64,000 bases of DNA from assembly GCA_024233345.1 (NCBI GenBank), contig JACKPT010000007.1:51434-115433 (forward strand), written 5' to 3'. The DNA comes from Verrucomicrobiota bacterium (GTDB taxonomy: Bacteria > Verrucomicrobiota > Kiritimatiellia > CAIVKH01). The number at the start of each line of letters is the position of its first letter. The stretch's first letter is position 1. A program made the translations under genes and the position numbers. Of the stretch, positions 30,591-40,196 are shown in pieces. Under the pieces are notes generated by a model. It was not told where the DNA came from and did not search any database. It saw only the letters and a list, made by a program, of their open reading frames with translations.

Positions 30591-31794
30591 AGCTGAATTT
30601 CCTCAAGTAATTTTTGCGCTGGCGGATGTGGGATTGCACCACGATATGGTCGATCAATGGCGCCATCACATTCATAAACAGGATGGCGAGCATGACCCCT
30701 TCCGGATAGGCCGGGTTGGCGACTCGAATGATGACGATGAGCACACCGATCAGAAAGCCATAGATCCATTTACCCGCGGTGGAGGCCGCCGAGGATACCG
30801 GGTCGGTGGCCATGAACACCGTCCCAAACGCGAAGCTGCCCATCACCATGTGGTAATGGAATGGAAGCTGGGTGAAGGCTTTGAAATGCTCGCCCGGCAA
30901 CAGATTGAGCAGGGTGGCGGCGGCAAAGAGACCGAGCACGCTGCCCGCCATGATCCGCCAGGATCCGACACCGGAGAGGATCAGAATGACTGCCCCGATG
31001 AGGCAGGCCAGTGCGGAGGTTTCCCCGATACTGCCCCCGATCGTCCCGAAAAACATCCGCATCCAATCAAATCCCGCGTAGTCGGCCTGATGCAGGGCGG
31101 CGAGGACATCCCCCCCGGCCGGTACCTGCGCGGCAATCGCCAACGGGGTCGCCCCGGTAAAGCCCTGGATCGAATTCATGGCTGAGTCCACCTTGGTCCA
31201 TACCTGATCACCGGAAAGATTGATCGGGTAGGCGAAGAAGAGAAATGCCCGGGCGGTGAGGGCGGGGTTCAGAACATTGAACCCGGTGCCGCCAAACACT
31301 TCCTTGCCGATGACCACACCGAAGCTGATGCCCACCGCGACCTGCCACAGGGGGACCGTCGGGGGGAGGGTCAGGGGGAACAAAAGGCCGGTGACCAGAA
31401 AACCCTCGTTGATCGGATGCTTGCGCACGATGGCGAATGCGACTTCCCACAGACCGCCAACCAGGTAGGACACCAGGATGATCGGCATCACAATCATCGC
31501 ACCTTGGATCAGGTTGGCAATCATTCCGGTATCACCGGTCTGGTTGACCATGTTGAATTGATACCCGGCATTCCAGATTCCGAACAGCACGGCGGGAATC
31601 AAGGCCAGCACCACCATGATCATGGTTCGCTTGATATCGATGGCGTCGCGGACGTGGGGGGCGCCATGGGTGACTTCGGAGGGGGTGAAGAGAAAGGTGT
31701 CATTGGCCTCATACAGGGGATGAAGCCGTTCAAGCTTTCCTCCCGGCATGAAGGGCTTGCGTCCCTCCTCAAGTTGTTTCAGCAAGAACTTCAT
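30577..31794 (-). CDS. nqrB: Na+-NQR subunit B
   Basis: Polytopic, with FMN-attachment context QGFTGATPLA. 405 aa. The start shares 1 nt with the nqrA stop. Confidence 0.92.
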   Translation of the reverse strand: MKFLLKQLEEGRKPFMPGGKLERLHPLYEANDTFLFTPSEVTHGAPHVRDAIDIKRTMIMVVLALIPAVLFGIWNAGYQFNMVNQTGDTGMIANLIQGAMIVMPIILVSYLVGGLWEVAFAIVRKHPINEGFLVTGLLFPLTLPPTVPLWQVAVGISFGVVIGKEVFGGTGFNVLNPALTARAFLFFAYPINLSGDQVWTKVDSAMNSIQGFTGATPLAIAAQVPAGGDVLAALHQADYAGFDWMRMFFGTIGGSIGETSALACLIGAVILILSGVGSWRIMAGSVLGLFAAATLLNLLPGEHFKAFTQLPFHYHMVMGSFAFGTVFMATDPVSSAASTAGKWIYGFLIGVLIVIIRVANPAYPEGVMLAILFMNVMAPLIDHIVVQSHIRQRKNYLRKFSYAKG

Positions 31795-33164
31795 CAGATG
31801 CCTTCCTGTTCAATTTGATCCAAACCCTTCTGAATAATCCCGCACAGGTCCATCTTGGACGGGCAGGCGAATGCGGCTACCGCAAAATCCTCGGGTACGG
31901 TTTCCAGAATCCCGAGTTGTATGGCTTCGCTGGAATCCTTGGCCAGCACCGCCCGGACCAGAAAGTCGACCATGAGGTTGATCGGCATGTACTTGTCATA
32001 GAGACCGGTCAATACCATGGGGCGGAGCTCGCCGTTTTGGCTGGTGCCCAAGGTCCAGGTTTTCTTGGGTTTCAACCAGGTGGAGGCATAAGCCCGGGAA
32101 AGGCTGTACCGTTTGAGTCCGGGTAAAAGCCACCCCAGGAACAACCGGCTCCGGTCTTCCTCGAGTACCGTGATGCCATGGCCATGGAAACGGACGGGGG
32201 AGTCGGTGGAGACTTTCGGCCCGAAAAATGCCGTTCCGGCCACGCAGCGCACTTCATCAAAGGCCTTTTGCTCTGCCAGTACCGGGGCGAGGCTGGATCC
32301 CTCCTGAACCTTATAATGGGCGCGGGCATTTTCCTTGAGGCCCGGACCAGCCAGGCTGATGATGCGCTGGGCTGGATATTTTCCCGTTTCAAACAGGGTT
32401 CCGATCCGGATCACATCCAGTGCCTGAACCGCCCACACCACATCGCCGGGGCTGATGGGGTCGATGGTATGGATATGGACACTGGTATTCCCGGCCGGGT
32501 GGGGCCCCTTGAAGGAATGAATTTCGACATGCGGGGCGCCGGTCAGTTCTGGGCCATTGGTCTTATTACCATCCAGACAGAGATGTACTTTGCCTTCGGT
32601 CAGCCGGGACAGCACGGCAAGGCCGGTGCGAAAAGCACTTTCCTGGCCCGGCAAAACAACCGCAAGGTCGGGTTGAAACGGCGCGGTGGCCATCGCATTG
32701 ACAAAGATGCTTTTGGGTGGCTGATCCGGATTCATGGTCCGGTCAAAGGGCCGGGTTCGAATCAGGGAACTGAATCCGAATTGCTGGAGCTGGTGGACGA
32801 TGGTATCGCGATCCGTGCCGAGTACTGCCTGCTCGGATAGCGGGGCAACCGCCTCGCAATCATCCTGGCCGGCGACATCAATCACGACTTTGGCAAACAC
32901 CCGGCGGGGGCCAAACTCGATTGCACTGACCGTACCGGCGGCGGGAGCGCAAATCTGAAACGCGGGATTTTTCTTGTCGAAAAACAGTGGGGTTCCCCGC
33001 TTGACCTGATCGCCTTCCTTGACCTTCGGGCGCAGTTTCAGGTTGGGGTAATCCTGTGCCGGATGAAGCACCCGTTGTGGAGATGCAGGCAGTTCGCGAA
33101 TCGAAACATCCGGCGCGCCGGTGAGTTTGAGATTCAGACCCTTTTTGATTGTGTACGACGCCAT
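31794..33164 (-). CDS. nqrA: Na+-NQR subunit A
   Basis: MASYTIKKGLNLKLTGAP start, 456 aa soluble subunit. First gene of the nqrA-F string. Confidence 0.9.
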   Translation of the reverse strand: MASYTIKKGLNLKLTGAPDVSIRELPASPQRVLHPAQDYPNLKLRPKVKEGDQVKRGTPLFFDKKNPAFQICAPAAGTVSAIEFGPRRVFAKVVIDVAGQDDCEAVAPLSEQAVLGTDRDTIVHQLQQFGFSSLIRTRPFDRTMNPDQPPKSIFVNAMATAPFQPDLAVVLPGQESAFRTGLAVLSRLTEGKVHLCLDGNKTNGPELTGAPHVEIHSFKGPHPAGNTSVHIHTIDPISPGDVVWAVQALDVIRIGTLFETGKYPAQRIISLAGPGLKENARAHYKVQEGSSLAPVLAEQKAFDEVRCVAGTAFFGPKVSTDSPVRFHGHGITVLEEDRSRLFLGWLLPGLKRYSLSRAYASTWLKPKKTWTLGTSQNGELRPMVLTGLYDKYMPINLMVDFLVRAVLAKDSSEAIQLGILETVPEDFAVAAFACPSKMDLCGIIQKGLDQIEQEGI

Positions 33165-33261
33165 AGTGATTTCCCAGAGTAAACGACGATAGTTTCGCCT
33201 AAAAGCCCATGAACAATACTCAGCATGACCGGCTTGTCAATGAGGATACGGAGTCCCGGCA

Positions 33262-33300
33262 GGAAAAAACGGGGTTGGGCCGGGAGGCCCGTGAGCGGGC
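33262..33300 (-). terminator. Possible terminator after the polyprenyl synthase gene
   Basis: On the minus strand, GC-rich nested stems (GGCCCG CTCA CGGGCC; GGGCC UCCC GGCCC) are followed within ~8 nt by a U6 run (A6 at 33264-33269 on the plus strand). The U-run is not directly adjacent to the stems, so this is tentative. Confidence 0.35.
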
Positions 33301-33312
33301 CAGGCTCTGGGC

Positions 33313-34179
33313 TCAGGTCGCGGAGGCGGTAAACGAATTCAATACCGGCTTGATGTCGGTTTCCATGAACTCGCTCCACGCTTTGTAGACGGTGGGCCAG
33401 GGCCGCAAAGACTCCAGGGCCTGTCCGGATAAATCATGCACGCAGGCGATGGCCTCTGCCGGGTTGAACTTGGCCGCAGTGGGCTTGTTTCGGTGTTCAT
33501 CGCTGCCCAGGGATTTGTCCGAATCCTCCCGCGAACCGGTCGCATCGAGAATGTCATCGGCGAGTTGATAGGCGGTGCCGATCTGATAGCCGGATTCGAG
33601 CAGGGTGTCGCTGAGGGTTGGATCATTGTTGCCACAGGCATAGGCACTGAAGGCGAACAGGGCCCCGGTTTTGCGCCGGGCGATTTTGATGCAGTCGCTC
33701 CACTCCGGACTGGAGCCGCGAAGCAGCAATTCCTGCTCCGATTCGGCGTCGCATACTTCTCCGGTGACCTTGATCAATTGCCGGGTCAACCGGCCTTCTT
33801 CCACTTGGCCGACGACATCAAGGGCCTTGAACAACATGAGGTCGCCCACCAGAATGGCCCCGGGAATCCCCCGCTTTACCCAGAAAGTCGGAGCCCCGCG
33901 CCGAATATGGCCGCCATCGATCACATCATCATGGAGCAGGCTTGCGGAATGAATCATTTCAACTGCTGCCCCGGCGTGGAGCAGGGTCTTGTAGGGTACC
34001 CCGGCCGGCAGTCCCACCCGGTAACAGAGCCGGGAACGCAGCATTTTACCACTGTTGAGGAGGCTCTTTTTCTCCTCAACCAGCTTTTGAAGAACGGTTT
34101 GTGAGAGAGATTCGGCCATCACCAACCGGACATCATTCAGAAACTGGTCCAGATTGTTTTGTTTCCCTGCACTCATCAT
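33313..34179 (-). CDS. Polyprenyl diphosphate synthase (trans-isoprenyl diphosphate synthase family)
   Basis: First Asp-rich motif LLHDDVIDGG and second YQLADDILD. 288 aa. Chain length is not inferable. Confidence 0.85.
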   Translation of the reverse strand: MMSAGKQNNLDQFLNDVRLVMAESLSQTVLQKLVEEKKSLLNSGKMLRSRLCYRVGLPAGVPYKTLLHAGAAVEMIHSASLLHDDVIDGGHIRRGAPTFWVKRGIPGAILVGDLMLFKALDVVGQVEEGRLTRQLIKVTGEVCDAESEQELLLRGSSPEWSDCIKIARRKTGALFAFSAYACGNNDPTLSDTLLESGYQIGTAYQLADDILDATGSREDSDKSLGSDEHRNKPTAAKFNPAEAIACVHDLSGQALESLRPWPTVYKAWSEFMETDIKPVLNSFTASAT

Positions 34180-34590
34180 TGCGCGGGACTATGCCCAGCC
34201 CTCCACTTTGTGTCAAAAGCATTTGTTCCGTGTAACCACTCCATGATTATACCCGATTTCGGGACTGACGAAAGCAAGGCCGGATGAAAAAGACACCGCT
34301 TTCGTCCTACCGGCGGGGGGCGTGTGTGGCGCGTTCATCGATGCAACCGTCTTGAACCACGGTTTCCCGCGCCGATTTGCGAATCCTCGCGGGTCGCCAC
34401 GAAGGCCATCGCACCCTGTCAAGATGAACCGATGGTTGACGGGCGCCTCGTGACTTTCCCCCAACCGATGGGTAGGCGATTCTACTGTTGGCAATGGAAT
34501 TTCATGGGTCGGTGGGATGGTTTGTCTTGGACTCCAGGGCGCCGGTCTCTATAGTCGCAGGCTGTACAAATTTTTTAACGGGAGACGGTC

Positions 34591-36249
34591 ATGGTTGAAG
34601 GTTTGAAGCGAATTTCTGGATATGAAGGCCCTCGAGGCCCGGTGGTTTTGGCGATCATGGATGGGGTGGGGCTGGGCAAGTACCCCGAGGGAGATATGGT
34701 GGCCAAGGCGACCAAGCCCACATGGGACTGGCTGCGGGAGCATGCCCTGTACACGACCCTGAAAGCCCACGGTGAGGCGGTGGGGATGCCCTCCGATGAA
34801 GACATGGGAAACAGCGAGGTCGGACACAATGCCATCGGCTCCGGCCGGGTTTTCAGTCAGGGTGCCAGTCTGGTCGAGCATGCGGTCAATTCCGGGGACC
34901 TGTTTCGCGGAGAAACCTGGAAGACATTGATCGGACAAGCGGTGGCCAAGCCATCGACCCTGCACTTTATCGGCCTGCTCTCGGATGGCAATGTTCACAG
35001 TCATATCCGGCACTTGCTGGCCATGATCAAACAGGCCCATGCGGACGGGGTACGCACCGTCCGGGTGCACACCCTGCTGGACGGTCGGGATGTGGTTCCC
35101 ACCTCGGCCCACGAATATATCGCCGAACTCGAGGGGCTACTGACCGAGTTGAATCAAAATGAAGGCACCGATTTCGCCATCGCATCGGGGGGCGGACGTC
35201 AGAAGATCACCATGGACCGCTACGAAGCGGATTGGGCGATGATCCAGCGCGGGTGGGATACCCACGTTCTTGGCAAGGGCCGGATGTTCCCTTCCGCCCT
35301 CGACGCGGTGGAAACCCTTCGCAAGGAAACCCCCGGCATCATCGATCAGGATTTGCCTCCCTTTGTCATAGAGCGCGAGGGCAAGCCGGTGGGTCCGATC
35401 GTGGATGGCGACTGTGTCATCCTGTGTAACTTCCGCGGCGACCGGGCGATCGAATTGTGCCGGGCGTTTGAGGATGAGGAGATGGACAAGTTCGACCGCG
35501 GGCCCAAGCCGGATGTCCTGTTCGCAGGCATGATGGAGTACGATGGTGACCTGCACATCCCCTCCCGCTATCTGGTCGCCCCGCCAGCCATCGACCGCAC
35601 CCTCGGGGAATATATGGTCGCGTCAGGCATTCCGCTGCTCGCAGTCAGTGAAACCCAGAAATTCGGGCATGTTACCTACTTTTTTAACGGAAACCGCTCC
35701 GGCAAGTTCAGCAATACGCTGGAAGACTATGTGGAAATCAAGTCCGATATGGTGCCGTTTGAAGAACGCCCATGGATGAAGGCGGCGGAAATCACCGATG
35801 TGGTGATTGATTCCCTGCGCAGCGGAAAGCACAAGTTTATACGGATCAATTACCCCAATGGCGATATGGTCGGTCACACCGGCGACCCGCTGGCGGTGGA
35901 AATCTCCGTGGAGGCCACCGACCTGAGTGTCGGACGGTTGGTCAAGGAATTGAAGGCGGTCGGGGGCATCCTGGTGTTGACTGCGGATCACGGGAACGCC
36001 GACGATATGTACAGTCGCGACAAGAAGGGCAATGTGTTGATCGATGATGAGACCGGTTTGCCCAAGGCCAAAACCAGCCACTCGCTCAACCCGGTTCCTT
36101 GCTTCATCTACGATACCGAAGGCACCTCCAAAGCGCGTTTGTCCGATGAAAAGAATCTTGGTATCAGCAGCCTTGCCGCGACCTGCCTCAAGCTTCTCGG
36201 CTATCAGCCTCCAGATGACTACACCCCGTCCATTGTTGAGGTCGGATAG
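34591..36249 (+). CDS. gpmI: 2,3-bisphosphoglycerate-independent phosphoglycerate mutase (long form)
   Basis: AIMDGVGLG, DMGNSEVGHNAIGSGR, LSDGNVHS, TADHGNAD. 552 aa. Confidence 0.92.
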   Translation: MVEGLKRISGYEGPRGPVVLAIMDGVGLGKYPEGDMVAKATKPTWDWLREHALYTTLKAHGEAVGMPSDEDMGNSEVGHNAIGSGRVFSQGASLVEHAVNSGDLFRGETWKTLIGQAVAKPSTLHFIGLLSDGNVHSHIRHLLAMIKQAHADGVRTVRVHTLLDGRDVVPTSAHEYIAELEGLLTELNQNEGTDFAIASGGGRQKITMDRYEADWAMIQRGWDTHVLGKGRMFPSALDAVETLRKETPGIIDQDLPPFVIEREGKPVGPIVDGDCVILCNFRGDRAIELCRAFEDEEMDKFDRGPKPDVLFAGMMEYDGDLHIPSRYLVAPPAIDRTLGEYMVASGIPLLAVSETQKFGHVTYFFNGNRSGKFSNTLEDYVEIKSDMVPFEERPWMKAAEITDVVIDSLRSGKHKFIRINYPNGDMVGHTGDPLAVEISVEATDLSVGRLVKELKAVGGILVLTADHGNADDMYSRDKKGNVLIDDETGLPKAKTSHSLNPVPCFIYDTEGTSKARLSDEKNLGISSLAATCLKLLGYQPPDDYTPSIVEVG

Positions 36250-36351
36250 ACCAAGCGTGAGGATATTCATCGGTTGGGAAACCCGGGCCGGTAGCCTGTC
36301 CGGTCTTTGATCGTCCTTGTGACAACGGACTAAATCCGTTACACAGGATGG

Positions 36352-39108
36352 ATGAAACGGCTGACATGGTTGATGGCCACGGGCATTTGCCTGTGGGGGT
36401 TTGCATCGTGGGGGCAGGGCACGGTAGAGGGGACGGTGAAGAATATCTTCAACCAGCCGATCACCAATGTTTCGGTGTATGCCCGTCCAGCCTTTTCCTC
36501 CATTCCTTTCTACATCGGGGTGTCGGATGCAGCGGGCACTTATCGAATCTCCGGGATTCCCGGCGGTTCCTATGCCCTGTTCACCCAGACCGGAACAGAT
36601 AATCCCTATCTGGATGAATGGTATAACGATGTTCCCGGTGAGCCGTTCAGTCAACCGGATGGCGTGACCCTGGTCACCGTGGTCAATCAGGCCACCAATT
36701 CCGGCATCAACTTTGTCCTCGATCAAGGGGGAGGCCTCCTCGGTCTCGTCACCAACGATGCTGGCGATACCCTTACCGGGGTCGAGGTGACCGCCTTTAA
36801 CAGTAATCAGGTAAACCAGGGGTCGGTCTATACCGACACCGTGGGCATCTATCAGTTTGAAAAGCTGCGTAGCGGCACGTACACCTTGCGGGCGCAATCA
36901 TTGGGCACGCCCTATCTGGCGGAATGGTACGAAGGGGTCACCGCGATTCAGGGCAGCCAGCTCCCGCCGCCGGAGGCTACCGGCGTCATTGTGACCCAGG
37001 GCAATGTGCGGACGGGAATCAGCTTTGGCCTGACCGAGGGCGGGCAGATTTCCGGATCGGTTTCCAATCATCTTGGCCAGGCTCTTCCTGGTATCAGCCT
37101 CCAGGTCTTTAATCAATCCGGGCAACAAATCGGAAGCGGATTTTCCTCCTTTGACGGCAGTTATTCGGTTCAAGGTCTTTTTCCAGGACCGGTATTTATC
37201 GGCACGTCAGCGGGCGCTCAGAATTTTATCAATCTGTGGTATGGCGGTGAGCCCAGAGCCCTGGCCACCACCGGAGGGGTGCCGGTCATTGTGGAAACCA
37301 GTGCCCAGACCAGCGGGGTTCACTTTGTGCTTTCCCCCGGCGCGGTTCTTCAATGTACGGTCAAGGATGAGGCCGATGGCGCCCTGTCCGGTGTCAATGT
37401 GTGGCTGTATCGACGTCCCGACGTTCTATTCAAGTCCGCCCTGACCTTTTTGGATGGGCGGGTTACGATCAAGGGCCTGCCCTCCGGAGAATTCTATTTG
37501 CTGACCGATACTGCGTCGGTTCGGGCCGAGTGGTATCAGGATCTGCCCGTCCTGGTCGGGGAACGGGTTCCCGGAGGGAGCGAACCGATTTGGCTCCAGA
37601 TAAACCAAACCTCGACGGTGACGGTGGTGCTGGATCGGGCCGGGGCGATTTCCGGAGCCATCGAAGATCAGGCGGGGCACTCTCTGACCGGTATCCCGGT
37701 CACACTGATCAATGGTGATGGTGTGTGGCTGGGCCAAACCAATTCGGGTAGCGAGGGGAACTTCCGGTTTGGCGGTTTGTCCGACCATGCCTATTTTCTC
37801 CAGGCTGGCGGAGCGGATGTTTCCGGTACCGGCTACCGGTTGACCTGGTATGGCGGAGAGGACGCGTCGCATACACCCGGTCCCGCTGGACAAGCCATCG
37901 CGCTTGCTCGCGGTGAATCCGTCAGTAATCTCCAATTCGCCCTGGCCAACGGGGCTGGCATTACCGGGACCGTTACCATTGGGGGGGGACCCGCATTGGC
38001 CGGCGAGGCTGTGCGCGTGTATTCCGCCACCACCGGGTTGGCTGTCGCGGAGGCGACAACCGACGGGAACGGCGCCTATCGGATTTCAGGTCTGGCGCCG
38101 GGCAACTACTTGATCCGGACCGCGGTGGATGGTGACGCTGGCCTGGCGGATGAATGGTATCCGGGAATTGCCGTGACCAGCAGCGTACCGGATGGGGCAG
38201 GCGTGCTTGCCATCACCGGCTTGGTCGGGGATCTCTCCGCGCACTTTTCCATCGAACCGGGAGTCCTGCTGAGCGGCCGGGTGACCGGCCATGGTCAGCC
38301 GATAGGCGAGGTTGCTCTCGACCTGCTGGATGCCGCCGGGCAGGCATTTCGCACCAATCTTCTGACCGACCCCGAGGGGTACTTCATCATTCAGGGGATC
38401 GGTACCGGTTCATACTATCTTCGCACCCGTGAGGAACAGGGGTTTGTCAATGAATGGTACCAGGGCGTCCCGGTTACCTCCACCGTGGTCGGGGTGGGGG
38501 CCAGTTTGATTTCCGTGCAACAACCCTACGCCTTGACCAACCTGATTTTTGATCTGGCGTCTGGACATTCAGTCACCGCCCGGGTCGTCAATGCCCAGGA
38601 TGACCCGATTGCTGGCGCATTTGTTGCGGCTTGTACGGAAACTGGTGAGACCCTTGCCCGGGCAACCACCGATAGCAACGGCTTCGTGGTTGTACGCGGT
38701 CTCCCCCCCATGCACGTGTACCTGCGTGCGGAGGCTTTGCCAGCCCCGTATCAGCATACCTGGTTCAGTAATGCGCCGGCGTTATATGCCACGGTTCCCG
38801 CTGAAGCCGTGGCCATCCATGCCGCGTCCGGGGTGTCGGGAATCCACAGTATCACTGTTGCTGCGGCTGAAGTGTCCATCACCGATACGCGCAAGGGAAC
38901 GACGTTTTACTGGAATGGTGAAGCCGGTCGTACCTACCTCGTGGAATCTGTCCTGAATTTAGGTGAACCATGGTCGATCGCGCCTTATGGTGGAGCGACC
39001 AGTGAACGGCCCCGACTGATATCCGATACCGGGGGAGAGGTGTCCTACCAAATCCCCGGTACAAGCACATCAAAAACACAATTCCTTCGGATCCGCCTTG
39101 CGGATTAG
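36352..39108 (+). CDS. Secreted repeat protein: 8 carboxypeptidase-regulatory-like (Cna-B/CarboxypepD_reg-type) modules plus a C-terminal module
   Basis: Signal peptide MKRLTWLMATGICLWGFASWGQG. Eight ~102-aa units each carry G-x-V/I...D..G.Y.I.GL..G.Y.L beta-sandwich hallmarks and an aromatic (E)WY motif. A 79-aa tail ends in FLRIRLAD. Confidence 0.8.
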   Translation: MKRLTWLMATGICLWGFASWGQGTVEGTVKNIFNQPITNVSVYARPAFSSIPFYIGVSDAAGTYRISGIPGGSYALFTQTGTDNPYLDEWYNDVPGEPFSQPDGVTLVTVVNQATNSGINFVLDQGGGLLGLVTNDAGDTLTGVEVTAFNSNQVNQGSVYTDTVGIYQFEKLRSGTYTLRAQSLGTPYLAEWYEGVTAIQGSQLPPPEATGVIVTQGNVRTGISFGLTEGGQISGSVSNHLGQALPGISLQVFNQSGQQIGSGFSSFDGSYSVQGLFPGPVFIGTSAGAQNFINLWYGGEPRALATTGGVPVIVETSAQTSGVHFVLSPGAVLQCTVKDEADGALSGVNVWLYRRPDVLFKSALTFLDGRVTIKGLPSGEFYLLTDTASVRAEWYQDLPVLVGERVPGGSEPIWLQINQTSTVTVVLDRAGAISGAIEDQAGHSLTGIPVTLINGDGVWLGQTNSGSEGNFRFGGLSDHAYFLQAGGADVSGTGYRLTWYGGEDASHTPGPAGQAIALARGESVSNLQFALANGAGITGTVTIGGGPALAGEAVRVYSATTGLAVAEATTDGNGAYRISGLAPGNYLIRTAVDGDAGLADEWYPGIAVTSSVPDGAGVLAITGLVGDLSAHFSIEPGVLLSGRVTGHGQPIGEVALDLLDAAGQAFRTNLLTDPEGYFIIQGIGTGSYYLRTREEQGFVNEWYQGVPVTSTVVGVGASLISVQQPYALTNLIFDLASGHSVTARVVNAQDDPIAGAFVAACTETGETLARATTDSNGFVVVRGLPPMHVYLRAEALPAPYQHTWFSNAPALYATVPAEAVAIHAASGVSGIHSITVAAAEVSITDTRKGTTFYWNGEAGRTYLVESVLNLGEPWSIAPYGGATSERPRLISDTGGEVSYQIPGTSTSKTQFLRIRLAD
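36421..38868 (+). repeat. Eight tandem ~306-nt coding repeats (diverged) inside the 36352-39108 gene
   Basis: Unit starts at protein level: GTVEGTV, GLLGLVT, QISGSVS, VLQCTVK, AISGAIE, GITGTVT, LLSGRVT, SVTARVV. Each has a G.Y.I/L.GL..G.Y core and a later EWY/LWY/TWY/TWF motif. The repeats are diverged at the DNA level. Confidence 0.75.
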
Positions 39109-39401
39109 TCGTCGAATTACCCGCGGCAATTGGTGTTTATGCGCTGAGACTGAACCCGGCGGAAATATCTCCGTTACAGTCAGCCCGGGTGTCCAAACAA
39201 CCACCGACGACCTGGACGGCCAGACTGGTTTCGATGAATACATCGCGGGAACCGGAATCGACGACAGCAACTTGTTCGCCTCCGTCGAACTGGACTGAGG
39301 TCACCAATCGTGTTCCCGGCACTGGCGGTACGGTATCCGTGACCGATCCGGAGGGATCCACCAACCGGAACGACCGGGTGCGAGTAAGTCTCCGGCCTTG
39401 A
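39098..39401 (+). pseudogene. Decayed fragment encoding a TSP3-like calcium-binding motif and a short C-terminal tail, split over two frames
   Basis: Frame 1 (to 39298) reads TTDDLDGQTGFDEYIAGTGIDDSNLFASVELD, then a stop. Frame 2 continues WTEVTNRVPGTGGTVSVTDPEGSTNRNDRVRVSLRP. The first part parallels DPDQDGFLNWEEEIAGTNPNNAQS in the GH13 tail. There is only a TTG start, overlapping the upstream stop, and no RBS. Confidence 0.3.
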
Positions 39402-39680
39402 CGTCGAGGATATCATGATCGCGAAGCTGTTGGCGATTCAGGTGCGTGATCTCCGGGCGAATCCTTCTGTTGATCCCACGAATTGGCACCCGATGCGCTC
39501 ACCATGTGGCACCGGGTGATCTGGTGGCTGCGGGGCATTGAGGGGATTGACAGGGTGCCTCAGGCGGCGTGAAACACCTGAGATTTCAGGTTGCCCCGGG
39601 CGTGAACCGTCCTTCCCCAAAAAACAGGGAATAGTACGCCGCAGTGTTCCGCAGTCCCCACATTCTGTCTGCGATCAACG

Positions 39681-40196
39681 CTAAAAGGGGTAGCGGACCA
39701 TGTGTCCATTCGCGCAGAGGATGTCCTCGTCATAGTCGGATTGATCGAACTTCCCGCCGGTATAGGTCGTCCCGGAAAAGTTGCCGTCCCGTCCCGGACT
39801 GCGAATCAAATGGGCCGCCTTGTCGTCCATGGACACATAATACTCAAAGGCATTGCCCCAGCCATCCTGTTGCGGAAGTACCTTGATGTAGTGCGGCACC
39901 AGCATGTCGGCCAAAATATCATTGGGTATTCTTCTGTACTTTCCGCTTTTGGCTTCCTGGGTGCCTGTGAAACGGAAGTCCACGACCGGGGCATCGGATA
40001 GCTTGGCCTCGGTTGCTGAATCAAGCGCGGCAAATTTATCCGTCACGAAGGCCACCCACGCATTACCCACGTTTCTCATGTCACCCATGGTTGCTTTTTG
40101 TTTGCCGTGCTGAAGCGCTGCAAAATACTTACGTCCGCCAATTGCACCAACTGCCAGCACGCCTGCCAGCACGATCAATAATATCACTTTTTTCAT
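39681..40196 (-). CDS. GspG-like (type II secretion pseudopilin C-domain-like) protein with a signal anchor instead of a prepilin leader
   Basis: ATG 40196 follows GAGGAGGAA. N-terminal hydrophobic KKVILLIVLAGVLAVGAIGG with no G-F/M-T-L-x-E prepilin motif. The C-terminal PQQDGWGNAFEYYV...IRSPGRDGNF matches the DxWGNxYxY...SxGxDG core of GspG. Composition is more A/T-rich than the flanks. Confidence 0.65.
   Translation of the reverse strand: MKKVILLIVLAGVLAVGAIGGRKYFAALQHGKQKATMGDMRNVGNAWVAFVTDKFAALDSATEAKLSDAPVVDFRFTGTQEAKSGKYRRIPNDILADMLVPHYIKVLPQQDGWGNAFEYYVSMDDKAAHLIRSPGRDGNFSGTTYTGGKFDQSDYDEDILCANGHMVRYPF

Noticed and set aside
36310-36346. Hairpin AACGGA-CTAAA-TCCGTT just upstream of the repeat-protein start; considered as a regulatory element
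   Set aside because: The 6-bp stem has no flanking U-run and no conservation information, so support is insufficient.
39484-39491. Possible att-type direct repeat of the tRNA-Glu 3' end marking an integrated element
   Set aside because: Only 8 nt (TGGCACCC) match the tRNA 3' end, which is expected by chance, and no integrase or excisionase gene lies in between.
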